64,000 bases of DNA from an uncultured Acidobacteriota bacterium (GCA_963702425.1 CAVPCQ010000017.1:32001-96000); one strand, 5' to 3'; numbered from the stretch's first letter, positions 10,780 through 21,353 are shown. Translations and numbers: made by a program. The notes: generated from the letters alone by a model not told the origin.

Positions 10780-12180
10780 TCATGAATTGTGTCTGCGGAA
10801 TGCCGAGTCGATTAGTTGGTGAAGCCACCCACGACGTGGCAACTTAGGCAGGTGCGTGTCCTCGCCTGCCCTCTGTGAATACAGGTTCAGAAGACCGGCC
10901 AAGTCTCCTTTCGCCGACGGGTCATCCTCTCGCGTCAAGAGATCTCGGACTACCACTTCAACGGCCTGTGTCGATCGGCCCTCCAGCACCGATTCCTGCG
11001 CAATGTGCGTCGGGACCGTGGGCAAGTCCCAATGATTGTCCAACATCTGCGCGAGAGCGACCGCCAATCCCCGCGCGAGTTTGTAATCGCCGGCCTCGTG
11101 TGCGCACAACATCGTCAGGCCGGCCCACGATAGCCACGGAAGACCCGTGAGAACACCCGACAGACGAGTGAGGTCCTCGAGGCACTCTGCGCCCTGTCCG
11201 AGGTGGTACATGCAGACTGCGCGATTAACACGAGCGAAGATGTTGTTCTCCGACTTAGCCATCGCCGCCTCGCAATGAGGAAGCGCTGTGGCAAAATCGT
11301 AAGATTTCTGCAGGTCGAGGGCCCGCCCGAGGAGATTATCGTAATCGCGGCGCCGTTCACGACATGACTCAATCTCCGGGCGCCATTCGCTGGCCAGGGT
11401 GCCTTCGACCAGCCACTCCTCCACGCTAGCAAAGAGCTCAGTGGCCTTCTCAGGAAAATCGAATCGGGTTGCGATCCTCATCGCAGCGAGCCACGATTCA
11501 AGATCCCACGGGCAGCGGGCCAACGCCTTTTCCAGCACGGTGAGCGCTTCCTCGAACCTGCCAATGCGGCACAAGACGCCGGCCGATGTCCGATACGACC
11601 ACGGATCGTTTGGTTCGATGTCCCGGGCCTCTTCAAGCAGGGTGAGCGCCTCGCGTTCGCGGTGAAGGCTAGCAAGACAACCCGCTTTGTTCTGCAGGGC
11701 GTGGGAGTGTCTTGGATTGTGTTCAAGAATTTGATCGTAGACTCGGATTGCGCGACCGAGATCGAGTGCCTCTACCGCCGCGTGCGCGGTTTTCACAAGG
11801 GGTTCGCAGAACGCCTCATGATTCGGCCGTTCTGTCCCCACGTGCTCCTGAAAGATCACGATAGCTCCACCGGTCTCGTAAAATTCGGTGTGCAGCATCC
11901 TAACATTGGCTTGCGCTAACTCGACTTGGTGTTTCTTAGTAAAGGAGAGGATTGGGATATCACGCTGCTTCTTCTCCGCCTGTGGCGTGCCAGGCCGATA
12001 CTTGAAGATTTTCCCTACGAACCAGATGAGGCCACTTCGCTCGTTTCTAAGCGGGTAGACGAACGCTTCGGCCCCCTCGGCCATCAAGGACTCGAAAACA
12101 TAGGGACAGCCATTGATGGAAACGCGTTTGCCTGGAACGTCAGCGATGGAATGCGTCGTTAGGTCCAGCGAATTGTTCAT
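10780..12180 (-). CDS. TPR-repeat protein with kinase-N-lobe-like N-terminus; probable gene cassette
   Basis: Helical TPR repeats; AEGAEAFVY...VGKIFK; lower GC; lies downstream of an attC core. Confidence 0.7.
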   Translation of the reverse strand: MNNSLDLTTHSIADVPGKRVSINGCPYVFESLMAEGAEAFVYPLRNERSGLIWFVGKIFKYRPGTPQAEKKQRDIPILSFTKKHQVELAQANVRMLHTEFYETGGAIVIFQEHVGTERPNHEAFCEPLVKTAHAAVEALDLGRAIRVYDQILEHNPRHSHALQNKAGCLASLHREREALTLLEEARDIEPNDPWSYRTSAGVLCRIGRFEEALTVLEKALARCPWDLESWLAAMRIATRFDFPEKATELFASVEEWLVEGTLASEWRPEIESCRERRRDYDNLLGRALDLQKSYDFATALPHCEAAMAKSENNIFARVNRAVCMYHLGQGAECLEDLTRLSGVLTGLPWLSWAGLTMLCAHEAGDYKLARGLAVALAQMLDNHWDLPTVPTHIAQESVLEGRSTQAVEVVVRDLLTREDDPSAKGDLAGLLNLYSQRAGEDTHLPKLPRRGWLHQLIDSAFRRHNS

Positions 12181-12400
12181 GGCTCGTCCGAGATCCTCTC
12201 ATTCGCGTATGCGACGTAGAGGGGGGTGCCAAGCATGACCCTCTTTGGCCCAAGTACGAATTGGTCGCTGATCTCCCCGTGCAGAAGTGTCTTGGCCAGA
12301 AACTCAAGCCGAACTTTGGGTCCGTCCATGCTCTTGACCGCCCGTGCAACGGCACTGAGTGACTGCGATGTGCTGTTGGATCACGCCTCACGTTCGCCCA

Positions 12401-14333
12401 ATCGGGATAGGGAGGAAGCCTCACGGCTCCCCCCCTCCCACACCACCGCACGTACGGATCACGTATGCGGCGGTTCGGCGGATTCAGTAGTCGGGTCATC
12501 CCTCCACCAGACTCGGGAGCCCGAGCGCCGCGAAGTACCGCGCAGGCAGTGCGATCGCGAGTGCCGGGCTCTGACTCAAGCGCCACGGCCCGTGAGCTGA
12601 CTTGGCGGTATTCCAAGCCAGATCCCGAGAAATGCCCCGTTTCCTCAGTTCCCGGTAGCCCCGCCGACCCCATTGCTTCCAGTGGTAGCAGCGCAGCCGG
12701 CGCCGGATCCACTTGTCCAGATCGAGAAGGGGTGAGGTCACCTCGGCGAAGCCGTAGTACCCTCGCCAGCCTAGGAGGTTGGTCCTGAGCTCCTTCATGA
12801 TCTGACGCATCGTGCGTCCGCGCGTTCGACTCGTCAGCTCTCGCACCTTGGCCTTGAACGCCAGCAGAGACTTCGCGCTCACCTTCCGCCGGGGTGACCG
12901 GCCACGGGTAAACGTGAAGCCGAGAAACTTCCGGTTGGAGGGCCGGTCCACGGCGCTCTTGGCCTCGTTGACCGCGAGCTTGAGTCGGCGCTCCAGAAAA
13001 CGGGTGACACTGGCCTTCACGCGCTCGCCCGCACGACGACTCCGGACGTAGATGTTACCGTCGTCGGCGTAGCGGACGAAGCGGTGGCCGCGCCTCTCCA
13101 GTTCCTTGTCGAGGTCGTCCAGCAGCAGGTTCGCGAGCAGCGGCGAAAGTGGGCTGCCTTGCGGCGTCCCCTCCGCCGTCGGTTCCACCACCTTCTCCAG
13201 CGTGAACACTCCGGCCCTCAGGAACCGGTGGATCAACCGCACCACTCGGCGGTCTCGCACACGCGCCCGCACACGGCACAAGAGGACGTCGTGGTGGACC
13301 CGATCGAAGAACCGCTCCAGATCAAGGTCCACGACCCACGCGTACCCTTCCCGGATGTAGGTCTGCGCCTGCTCCACCGCCTGGTGCGCGCTGCGCCCCG
13401 GACGAAAGCCGTAGCTCGATTCCGAAAACGTGGGGTCCCAGTCCGCTTGCAGTACCTGCAGCAAGGCTTGCTCGACGAACCGGTCGAGAACCACCGGCAC
13501 TCCGAGATTTCGAGTACCTCCCCCAGCCTTCGCGATCTCGACTCGCCGTACAGGCTGGGGGTTGTAGGTACCCTCCAGCAGGGAGGTCCGGATGGCCGGC
13601 CAGTGTGCCTTGAGGTGGGGCGCTAAGCCATCCACGGTCATCCCGTCGATGCCCGGCGCTCCACGGTTGCGTCGGACCTGGCGGAGCGCACGCAGGAGAT
13701 TCTCCCTCTCCAGCACCCGCTCCATCAGGGCTGTCCCTCCCACCGGAGCGTCTTCTCCTCGTGTCCCAATCGCGGTTTCATCCCCCGGATTCGCCAGGGG
13801 CAGCAAGAGCTGCCTGCCGGATGCAGTACCGTCATTCGACACGATGGTGACTTCTCCCTTCCTTCAATCCCCTCGCGGGGCACCGTTCGGGCCTTCATCC
13901 CGCGGCGTTGCGGCTCGGCCTATCCGTTGCCCCGCCTTTCGGCTTTGGGGTGCCTCACTAGCCTCGCCTGCCTCGGGCCTACTACGCCCTCTGCTGACTT
14001 CTCCCGGCCGGTCGGCGTCGGTTGCCCGAAACCCAGTCCTTGCGGACGACCGGGAGATCTCCCAGGGTAAGACACAGATCGTTCCGCGCGTGGACGCCGG
14101 ATTTATAAAGCACACCCCGTTGCGGATGGAGGACTTCGCGGTCACGTGCCCGCTCGTCCCGGGTGCGCCACACCTCATATCCGGTTCCTGTTCGTCGCCC
14201 CGCGCGTTTTGGATTGGGCTTCCTCCAGACCCCAACTCGCGTTGACGCCCTTGCCCTTCTCCTTGCCTTCGGCTCCGCGATAACCTGGCACGGGGACTTC
14301 CACCCCGCTCGATCTGTGCCATGCCTGGCACAC
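12401..14333 (-). mobile_element. Complete group IIC intron inserted in an attC core site
   Basis: 5' GTGTGCCAGGCATGG; domain V GAACCGCCGCATACG...GCGGTGGTGT; 3' end CCCGAT. Confidence 0.92.
12496..13842 (-). CDS. ltrA: Group II intron reverse transcriptase/maturase (no endonuclease domain)
   Basis: GAPGIDG, SYGFRPGRS, GTPQGSPLSP, RYADD, FLGF; 448 aa. Confidence 0.95.
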   Translation of the reverse strand: MSNDGTASGRQLLLPLANPGDETAIGTRGEDAPVGGTALMERVLERENLLRALRQVRRNRGAPGIDGMTVDGLAPHLKAHWPAIRTSLLEGTYNPQPVRRVEIAKAGGGTRNLGVPVVLDRFVEQALLQVLQADWDPTFSESSYGFRPGRSAHQAVEQAQTYIREGYAWVVDLDLERFFDRVHHDVLLCRVRARVRDRRVVRLIHRFLRAGVFTLEKVVEPTAEGTPQGSPLSPLLANLLLDDLDKELERRGHRFVRYADDGNIYVRSRRAGERVKASVTRFLERRLKLAVNEAKSAVDRPSNRKFLGFTFTRGRSPRRKVSAKSLLAFKAKVRELTSRTRGRTMRQIMKELRTNLLGWRGYYGFAEVTSPLLDLDKWIRRRLRCYHWKQWGRRGYRELRKRGISRDLAWNTAKSAHGPWRLSQSPALAIALPARYFAALGLPSLVEG

Positions 14334-14388
14334 ACGCCCAAGGTCAGCGGCGCGGCTTGTCCGCGTCCGCTGCAGCGCCTGGTTCGGC
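14334..14388 (-). other. Integron attC site (R' box completed at 12396-12400 after intron removal)
   Basis: GCCGAAC...GCAGCGGACGCGG...CCGCGCCGCTGA...GT|TGGGC imperfect palindrome. Confidence 0.8.
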
Positions 14389-15369
14389 AGTTTCCCTGTC
14401 CTTGAGGATTGCCTGGATCTTCTCCACCACATCCGGTGATGGCAGGTTGCGCTGTCCCAGCACCAGAGATGCGAAGTTATCAGCCAATATCTCCTCGGGG
14501 TGAATGATGTATTCGGTGTTCTTGCCCACCTGCTCGAAGAATCCGGACACTTGCTGGATGTCCACGAGCATCGGCTTCGGGCCGTCGAACATCGGTGTGA
14601 CCTTGTACCCATCATTGGGCCGCTCAACCAGAAGCAACCGGAACTGAAGGTAGCTGAAGAACTCCCCACCACGGTCCACGGAGTACTTCTCAACGCTCGA
14701 AAACAGAATGGGAATAGCCCACTGTTCCTTGCCGGAGACGTTCACGCGGATGCAATGATCATTCTTCGGTGCGTCGGGGTTCGTGAGCTTTCGCGACTTC
14801 ATCTCCACTGGGAACTCAACCTCGCCGCACTTTACGAAGCCGATAGCGGCGTAGAGTGTCTCACGCAGACCAGGATTCGCTCTGGACATGATGTGAAAGA
14901 GTTCATGGGAAATAAGCTTCTGCAGACTGGCAACAGGTGCATTCAGAAGGCCAGTCGGCAGAACAATGGCATTGGCTCGGGTATACGCAGTTCCACCGTC
15001 TTCCTTTCCCGTGGTCTTGATGATCAACATCTCTTCCGGAAGCGGCAACGCCATCGCTTCAAGCGTTCTCTGCATGCCCTGCAAGGCGGAGTTGATCTTC
15101 TGCTTCTCTGCGTCGTTCCATTCGAGTACGTTCTTACCGACAAACTCCAGAAACTGGCCTTCCGAGACCTCCTTGTCTGTCTTCAGCCGTGCGGCACGGT
15201 CGAAAGGACTCATCCGCTCGACGAAATCATCACGGTTGGTCAGAAGTCGCTGACCTTCCGCGAGGGAAGCAAAGGAAAGCCTGACACCCCCGCGGCGTGC
15301 CACCTGCGCCATCACAGTCTTGGGGCCAATAAACAATAACGCCAAGACTGCGACGGACCTTGTATTCAT
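14344..15369 (-). CDS. Cassette-borne hypothetical protein with HExxH motif (putative zinc peptidase)
   Basis: ISHELFH and IHPEEILADNF; signal-like N-terminus; flanked by attC sites; RBS directly after GTTCGGT. Confidence 0.75.
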   Translation of the reverse strand: MNTRSVAVLALLFIGPKTVMAQVARRGGVRLSFASLAEGQRLLTNRDDFVERMSPFDRAARLKTDKEVSEGQFLEFVGKNVLEWNDAEKQKINSALQGMQRTLEAMALPLPEEMLIIKTTGKEDGGTAYTRANAIVLPTGLLNAPVASLQKLISHELFHIMSRANPGLRETLYAAIGFVKCGEVEFPVEMKSRKLTNPDAPKNDHCIRVNVSGKEQWAIPILFSSVEKYSVDRGGEFFSYLQFRLLLVERPNDGYKVTPMFDGPKPMLVDIQQVSGFFEQVGKNTEYIIHPEEILADNFASLVLGQRNLPSPDVVEKIQAILKDRETAEPGAAADADKPRR

Positions 15370-15380
15370 CTCATCTCCTT

Positions 15381-15459
15381 ACCGAACGCTGCGTTCAGCT
15401 GCGGGCGGCCCCGCGTCCGTTCCCGTCGCGATAGCCGCCGGGCCGCCCGACAGCTGCTA
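15381..15459 (-). other. Partial attC site interrupted by IS110/IS1111 remnant
   Basis: Palindrome CAGCTGTCGGGCGGCCC...GGCCGCCCGCAGCTG ending in GTTCGGT, complementary to GCCGAAC at 14382-14388. Confidence 0.75.
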
Positions 15460-15650
15460 TGATGGAATAGACTCCTCCCGATGACTGAACGCGGCATCGA
15501 TCGTGCCAAAGTCATCGTGCACTGGGTGTACCGCCCAAGGAGAAGTCCACCATGGATTGTAGCGCATCGATCGCCGTAGACGTGGCCAAGTCGGTCTTCG
15601 AAGTCGCGGTGTCGACCCAGCCAGGCTGGGTCTCCGAACGGCACCGGCTA
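15460..15650 (+). mobile_element. IS110 (IS1111-type) left end and transposase N-terminal remnant
   Basis: ATG 15552, IAVDVAKSVFEVAV (first DEDD motif); ~90-nt non-coding leader. Confidence 0.7.
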
Positions 15651-16277
15651 ACCCCAATGCCGGTTAGTTTGGCCGAAGCCGGCGTCATGTCAGGGTTTCC
15701 GGCGGTAGCTGGACATCTTGACCTTGACCGCCCGCGGATAGCGTCGGGCGCCTCGTCGGGGTGGCAAGACGAGCAGCGCGGATTGGGCGTCGAGCTGCTC
15801 GAGACGCCGCGGGACGACGCCGGGGCTGGCGGCCCAGACGGTGAGCACCGCCCCTCGCCAGCGAGCGGCTCTCCCGGCTCGAGGACGGCCGCCTGCTCTA
15901 CCGGCTCAAGCGCCGCTGGCGCGACGGCACGACGGCGCTCGTCTTCGAGCCGCTCGAATTGATCGAGCGGCTCGCCGCGCTGGTCCCGCCGCCGCGCCGA
16001 CACCTCGTCCGCTATCACGGGGTCCTCGCCCCCGCCTCCGCGGCGCGCCCGTGGATCGTGCCCCAGCCGCCCACCGAGGACGGGATCCCCGCCGACGACC
16101 TCACTCCTAAGGCGTCACCCCCGGCCCCGGGTCCGGGCCCCACGCCGCCGGCTGACCGGCCTCCCGGCGCTCGGTCTCCCGACCCCGGCGGCCGCTACCT
16201 CTCCTGGGCCGAGTTACTGCGCCGAGTGTTGGACCGACCATCCAACTGCACCCGGCACCGCCGCTGCGGCGCGCCGG

Positions 16278-16562
16278 ATGCGGATCACGCATCCGTTTCA
16301 CCCGCTGCTGGGGCATGAGTTCGTCATCCTGGACGAGCGCCACAACCGCCACGGAGATCGCGTCTGGTACCGCGCTGAGGACGGGTCCGCGCAGACGGTG
16401 CCGCGCGGCTGGACGAGCCTGGCGGAGGCCGATCTCTTCGCGACGATTGCGGCCGGGCGGGCCTGGTTTCGGTGGGACGACCTGCGGCGGCTGGTGGCGT
16501 TGATCGAGGAGCTGCGGGAGGGGCTGGGCCCGGGGGACGCGGGGGGCGGGGGTGTCAAGTGA
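16278..16562 (+). CDS. DUF5372/Y4bD-like protein
   Basis: RITHPFHPL.G.EF motif; the frame is open back to the att site. Confidence 0.7.
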   Translation: MRITHPFHPLLGHEFVILDERHNRHGDRVWYRAEDGSAQTVPRGWTSLAEADLFATIAAGRAWFRWDDLRRLVALIEELREGLGPGDAGGGGVK

Positions 16563-16739
16563 ATTTCGTCCATTTTGTCTGGAGTATTATGCTCGTAGGG
16601 GCAGGGGACGCCGCATCCGATGGGGCCTTGACCAGATCGATATTGCACAGAAGAGCGAAAGATGGCACTCGGCCCATGGACGCGGTTCTTGATGTGTATA
16701 TAATGGCCCTGACACACGGCGACGACCCAGGAGGAGACC

Positions 16740-17203
16740 ATGGCCGCACCGAGCGACGACTCCAAGCGCCGCGAGCTGGCCCGCGCGGGGCGCTGCACCC
16801 CCACGCCGCACAGGTCACGGATCCGCTCTTCGCGCGCGAGCCGTTCTTCGACCGCCGCGACGCGGTGCAGGTCAAGTACGAGATGCTGCGCAGCGTGCGA
16901 GCCGAGGGCCGTCCGGTGAGCCAGGCGGCGGCGCAGTTCGGCTTCTCGCGCCCGACCTTCTACGAGGCGCGAGCGGCCTTCGAGCGCGCCGGTCTGCCGG
17001 GTTTGCTGCCGGCGAAGAAAGGGCCGAAGCGCGCGCACAAGCTCTCGGCGGAGGTCCTGGCCTTCATCGACCGGCAGCTCGACGCCCGGCCGGCGCCGAC
17101 CATGGAGGCACTCAGCGCGCGGATCCACGAGCACTTCGGCCGGTCGGTCCATCCCCGCAGCATCCGGCGCGCCCTGCTGCGCCGCACAAAAAAAAACCCG
17201 TAG
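16740..17203 (+). pseudogene. HTH protein with 1-bp deletion near 16784
   Basis: Matches intact 37659-38123 except for a missing C. Confidence 0.75.
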
Positions 17204-17259
17204 ACCCGCGCCCGCCGGGGTCCGGTCTCGCCGCGCACTACGAGCGACTGCGGGAGGGT

Positions 17260-17490
17260 GTGCTCGGCGGCGACCGCCGGCCGTCGATCGGCGAGACGAT
17301 CGTCCGTGGCCAGGGACTGTGGGCCTTCATCGCGCTCGCCGCGGCCGAGGCGCCGAGCGGCACGCCACCGCGCGTGGTCACGGGATCGAGCGGCGCTCTG
17401 CCGGCACCGGCGGTGGCCGAGCGGGGCGCGCTGCTCGCGGCGTGGGCCGAGCTCGTCGTCGCCGTCGTGCAGCGCCCGGAGGTCTCATGA
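17260..17490 (+). CDS. Small protein coupled to LSR (start uncertain)
   Basis: Stop overlaps the LSR ATG (ATGA); conserved in three copies. Confidence 0.5.
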   Translation: MLGGDRRPSIGETIVRGQGLWAFIALAAAEAPSGTPPRVVTGSSGALPAPAVAERGALLAAWAELVVAVVQRPEVS

Positions 17491-19580
17491 CCGAGGCCAC
17501 GCCACAGAAGGTCGCCGCGACCCACCTGGCGCGCCAGGCCTTCCTCTACGTCCGCCAGTCGACGCTGCGCCAGGTGGTCGAGAATCCGGAGAGCACGCGC
17601 CGGCAGTACGCGCTGCGCGAGCGGGCCAGCGCGCTGGGCTGGCGGGCCGAGCAGATCGTCGTGATCGACTGCGATCTCGGTCGTTCGGGCGCGACGGCCG
17701 AGCGCGAGGGCTTCCAGCGGCTGGTCGCCGAGGTCGGGATGGGGCGGGCCGGGATCGTGCTCGGTCTCGAGGTTTCCCGCCTGGCCCGCAACTCCACCGA
17801 CTGGCACCGCCTGCTCGAGATCTGCGCACTGACCGAGACGCTGATCCTCGACGAGGACGGCCTATACGATCCGACGCAGTACAACGACCGTTTGCTGCTC
17901 GGCTTGAAGGGCACGCTCTCGGAGGCCGAGCTGCACCTGCTGCGCGCGCGGATGCGCGGGGGTCTGCTGGCCAAGGCCCGCCGCGGCGAGCTGGGCCTCG
18001 GTCTGCCGGTCGGCCTGGTCTATGACGAGCTGGGGCGCGTCGTGCTGCATCCCGACGCGCAGGTGCGCGAGACCCTGGCGCTGTTCTTCCGCACCTTTCA
18101 GCGCACCGGGGCGGCTTGTGCGACGGTCAAGTATTTCTCGACGGAGCAGATCCCTTTCCCCGCGCCGACCCGCCCGGGGAGTCGCTCGGCGCAGGTCGTG
18201 TGGGGTCGGCTCAACCTCACGCGGGCCGTCAGCCTGCTGCACAACCCGCGCTACGCCGGGGCCTTCGCCTACGGCCGGCGCCGCGCGCGGCGGCAGCCCG
18301 ACGGCCGCTTCCAGACCACGCGGGTACCGCGCGACCAATGGCTCGTGCTGCGCCTCGAGGCGCACCCGGGCTACATCGCGTGGGACGAGTTCGAGCGCAA
18401 CCAGGAGCGGCTCGCGGCCTCGGCCCGGGCCTACGGGCTCGACCGCCGCGACGGCCCGCCGCGCGAAGGCCCGGCGCTGCTCCAGGGGCGCGTGCTCTGC
18501 GGCCGCTGCGGCGCGCGGATGACGGTCCGCTACCATCAGCGACGCGGCCAACTCGTGCCGGACTACGTCTGCTGTATCCGGACGCTGCAACACCGCGACC
18601 CGCCGTGCCAGGTCCTGCCCGGCGGCGCGGTCGACCGCGCGATCGGGCGTCTGATCGTCACGACGCTGACGCCCTTCGCCCTCGAGCTGACGCTCGCCGT
18701 CCAGGCCGAGCTCGAAACCCGCCTCGACGAGGCCGACCGGCTGCGCGGCCAACAGATCGAACGCGCCCTGCACGAGGCCGAACTGGCCCGACGCCGCTAC
18801 CTGCAGGTCGATCCGACGCATCGTCTCGTCGCCGCCTCGCTCGAGGCCGACTGGAATGACCGCCTGCGCGCGGTCGCCGAGACGCGCGAGCGCGTCGAGC
18901 ACCAGCGCGACGCCGACCGCGGCGCTTTCGACGAGCAGACCCGGCAGCGGATCCGCGACCTCGCCGCCGACGTCCCGGCCGTCTGGGACGATCCCGCCAC
19001 ACCGCCGCGCGAGCGCAAGCGGATCCTCGGTCTGCTGCTCGCGGACGTCACGCTGGCCCGGCAGGACGACGAGATCACGCTCGCGGTCCGCTTCCGCGGC
19101 GGCGCGACGACGACGCTTCGCGTCCCGCTCCGGATCGGTCCCTGGCGCGGGCGGAAGACCCATCCCCAGGTCGTCGCACGGGCCGCGACGCTGCTCGCCT
19201 CCCACACCGCCGGCGAGGTCGCCGCGCGACTCAACGCGGAGGGCTTCACCTCCGGGGCCGGCCTCCCTTTCAAGCCGGACACCGTCGAGTGGATGGGCCG
19301 GCACTACGGGCTGACCAGCCGACGCGACCATCTGCGCGCTGCCGGCCACCTCACCGCCGTCGAGCTCGCCGCACGGCTCCGCGTCAGCGTCGCCCGCGTC
19401 GGCTGCTGGCGCGCCGAAGGTCGGCTCACGGGAGCGCGCTGCAACCAGAAGGACTGGCTCTACGACCCGATCGAGCGGCAGTCAGCGTGGATCCGGGAGC
19501 GTGCGGCGTGCGAAGATCGACCCCTCGACAGGCCGCGCGAAAACCGCACGATCACAGCGGCGACACGGGGTGCAGTATGA
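17487..19580 (+). CDS. Large serine recombinase B
   Basis: YVRQST, EVSRLARN, NPRYAG, CGRCG zinc ribbon, coiled coil, C-terminal HTH. Confidence 0.93.
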   Translation: MTEATPQKVAATHLARQAFLYVRQSTLRQVVENPESTRRQYALRERASALGWRAEQIVVIDCDLGRSGATAEREGFQRLVAEVGMGRAGIVLGLEVSRLARNSTDWHRLLEICALTETLILDEDGLYDPTQYNDRLLLGLKGTLSEAELHLLRARMRGGLLAKARRGELGLGLPVGLVYDELGRVVLHPDAQVRETLALFFRTFQRTGAACATVKYFSTEQIPFPAPTRPGSRSAQVVWGRLNLTRAVSLLHNPRYAGAFAYGRRRARRQPDGRFQTTRVPRDQWLVLRLEAHPGYIAWDEFERNQERLAASARAYGLDRRDGPPREGPALLQGRVLCGRCGARMTVRYHQRRGQLVPDYVCCIRTLQHRDPPCQVLPGGAVDRAIGRLIVTTLTPFALELTLAVQAELETRLDEADRLRGQQIERALHEAELARRRYLQVDPTHRLVAASLEADWNDRLRAVAETRERVEHQRDADRGAFDEQTRQRIRDLAADVPAVWDDPATPPRERKRILGLLLADVTLARQDDEITLAVRFRGGATTTLRVPLRIGPWRGRKTHPQVVARAATLLASHTAGEVAARLNAEGFTSGAGLPFKPDTVEWMGRHYGLTSRRDHLRAAGHLTAVELAARLRVSVARVGCWRAEGRLTGARCNQKDWLYDPIERQSAWIRERAACEDRPLDRPRENRTITAATRGAV

Positions 19581-19984
19581 ATGACGCTCCTTCGCTCTGG
19601 ACGCCCTCCGCTGCCCGCGCTGCTCGTCCCGCATGAAGATCCTGGCCCAGATCCACCCGCCCGACACGACCCGCGCGATTCTCGACTGCCTCGGGCTGGC
19701 CTCTCGCGCCCCGCCCCGCGCGCCGGCCCGCGCCGAGCCCGACCCGCTCCCCTTTCCCGGGAACGCCGCCGCGGACTGAGCTCATCGACGAACGCCCGGG
19801 CCCTCGCGGGTCGTGCCAACCCGGAGGGCGGGACTCCGCCTCCGCGGCCGACCTCCGCGCGTCCCTTTCGGCCACTTCGCCGCGACGCGCAGCGCCCGAC
19901 CACGGCCGGCCCCCGCGACCCCTTCCCCGGCAGGCCCGCGGCTACGCTCTCCGCCTCAGAATCCGGCTTGAATCGCTTATCCTC

Positions 19985-20683
19985 ACGCCGCAGAAGGAGT
20001 ACAGCCCGACCGCCTACCATGTCTTCGGCCCCAAGCTCGTCGCGACCCGCGGGCGCTTCGAGGATCGTGCGCTCGAATCGCGCTGCCTCACGGAAGAGCT
20101 GGGGACGCGCCGATTGCGGGCCGACATCCCGATCAGTCTGCCGGCCAGCTTCAAGACCGAGGCCTTGGTACTCCGCAACCGGCTGCTCTCGTTCCGCTTC
20201 AAGACGTTCGGACGGGAGCACCGGCTGGAAGGCCTTTCCGACCCGGCGGTCGAGCCGCGCCTGAATCAGGTCCTCGTTCCGTTGCTCGCGGTCGTCTCGG
20301 ACGAGCGCACGCGCGAGGAACTGCGGCAGCTCGCCCGTCGCTTCAACGCCGAGCTGGTCGCCGATCGCGGCCAGGGCACCGAGGCCCAGGTCCTCGAGGT
20401 GATCCGTGACTTGCGGGCCGCGGGACAGCCCCTAGCGGTCAAGGACATCACGGCGTGGTTCTCGGACCGCCACGGCGAGGACTACGAGCGCAAGGTCACG
20501 CCGAAGTGGATCGGTGCCGTGATCCGCAACCGGCTGCACCTCAAGACCGAGCGCCGGCGTGACGGATTCACGCTCGCCGCGGGAACGGACGCCGTGCTCA
20601 GGCACCTGTTCGAGCGCTACGGGATCGCCGCCAGCGCAGTGGATCTTGACCACGACGCCGCGTCGGACTCCGAGCGCCCGTGA
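19985..20683 (+). pseudogene. 5'-truncated hypothetical gene, possibly a replication protein of an integrative element
   Basis: Open frame PTAYHVFGPKLVATR...VTPKWIG begins at the module terminus; a paralogous remnant lies at 26955-27200. Confidence 0.5.
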
Positions 20684-20968
20684 ACGTCGTGAACTTCGGG
20701 AGGGGCTGTGGCTCGCGGAAAACGCGAGCGTTCGCACCGCGAAGGTTAGCCAACGCCGGGCACCCATAGCCCCGGCGAACGTTCACAACGTGCACGACGT
20801 TCACGTTCACGGACGGCCTTCGTACCCAGTCGAGCGCCGGACTCCGGTTGGATTCAGGGCAACTCCGCGGCACGCCGCCGAGGAGTCCACTTACCGGGAG
20901 GGCTCGTCCATGACCGCCAGCCGCTCCTTCGCGTTCGCGAATCCGCCTGCCGCGGCGCGCTCGCACCA

Positions 20969-21330
20969 CTAGCGGGCCTCCGCGAGGTCCTTGGGAACAC
21001 CGAGCCCCTCCTCGAAGTGCTGTCCTGCGTAGTACTCCGCCAGCGCCGCCGCGTCGCCCGGATGCCCCGGGTCTACGCGCGCTCGCCGAAACCAACGGAT
21101 CGCCTCCTCGTCGTTCCTCGCGGTGCCCCAGCCGAGTGCGTACATCAACCCGAGATGATACTGAGACTCCGAATGACCCGGTTTCGCGAGGAGCCGCAAC
21201 CCACGCTCGGCGGTCGGGTAGTCTTCGATGTTCAGCGCGTCGATCGCACGGTGGTAGGTCGCCCGCGACCAGACACGGGCTCCCACGAACACACTACCGG
21301 CCGCGGTAACCGCTGCACACAGGATCAGGA
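20969..21330 (-). CDS. SEL1-repeat protein (start uncertain)
   Basis: SQYHLGLMYALGWGTARNDEEAIRWF; GLGVPKDLAEA. Confidence 0.7.
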
Positions 21331-21353
21331 CGCGGGTTTCCCGGCGTCGATCC

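Larger units (their letters stand above)
16231..19592 (+). mobile_element. LSR element type B, copy 1
   Basis: TT core at 16229-16230 and 19591-19592; ends form an inverted repeat GGGTGCAGT...TCC|TT|GGA...ACTGCACCC. Confidence 0.9.
15847..19984 (+). mobile_element. Module 2: IS91-like 3' fragment with LSR element B1
   Basis: RPPLASERL...[10 protein letters not shown]...VRYHGVLAP; terminus GAATCGCTTATCCTC. Confidence 0.88.

Noticed and set aside
12496-13842. RT as a retron, DGR or defence RT
   Set aside because: Flanked by canonical group IIC 5' end and domains V/VI.
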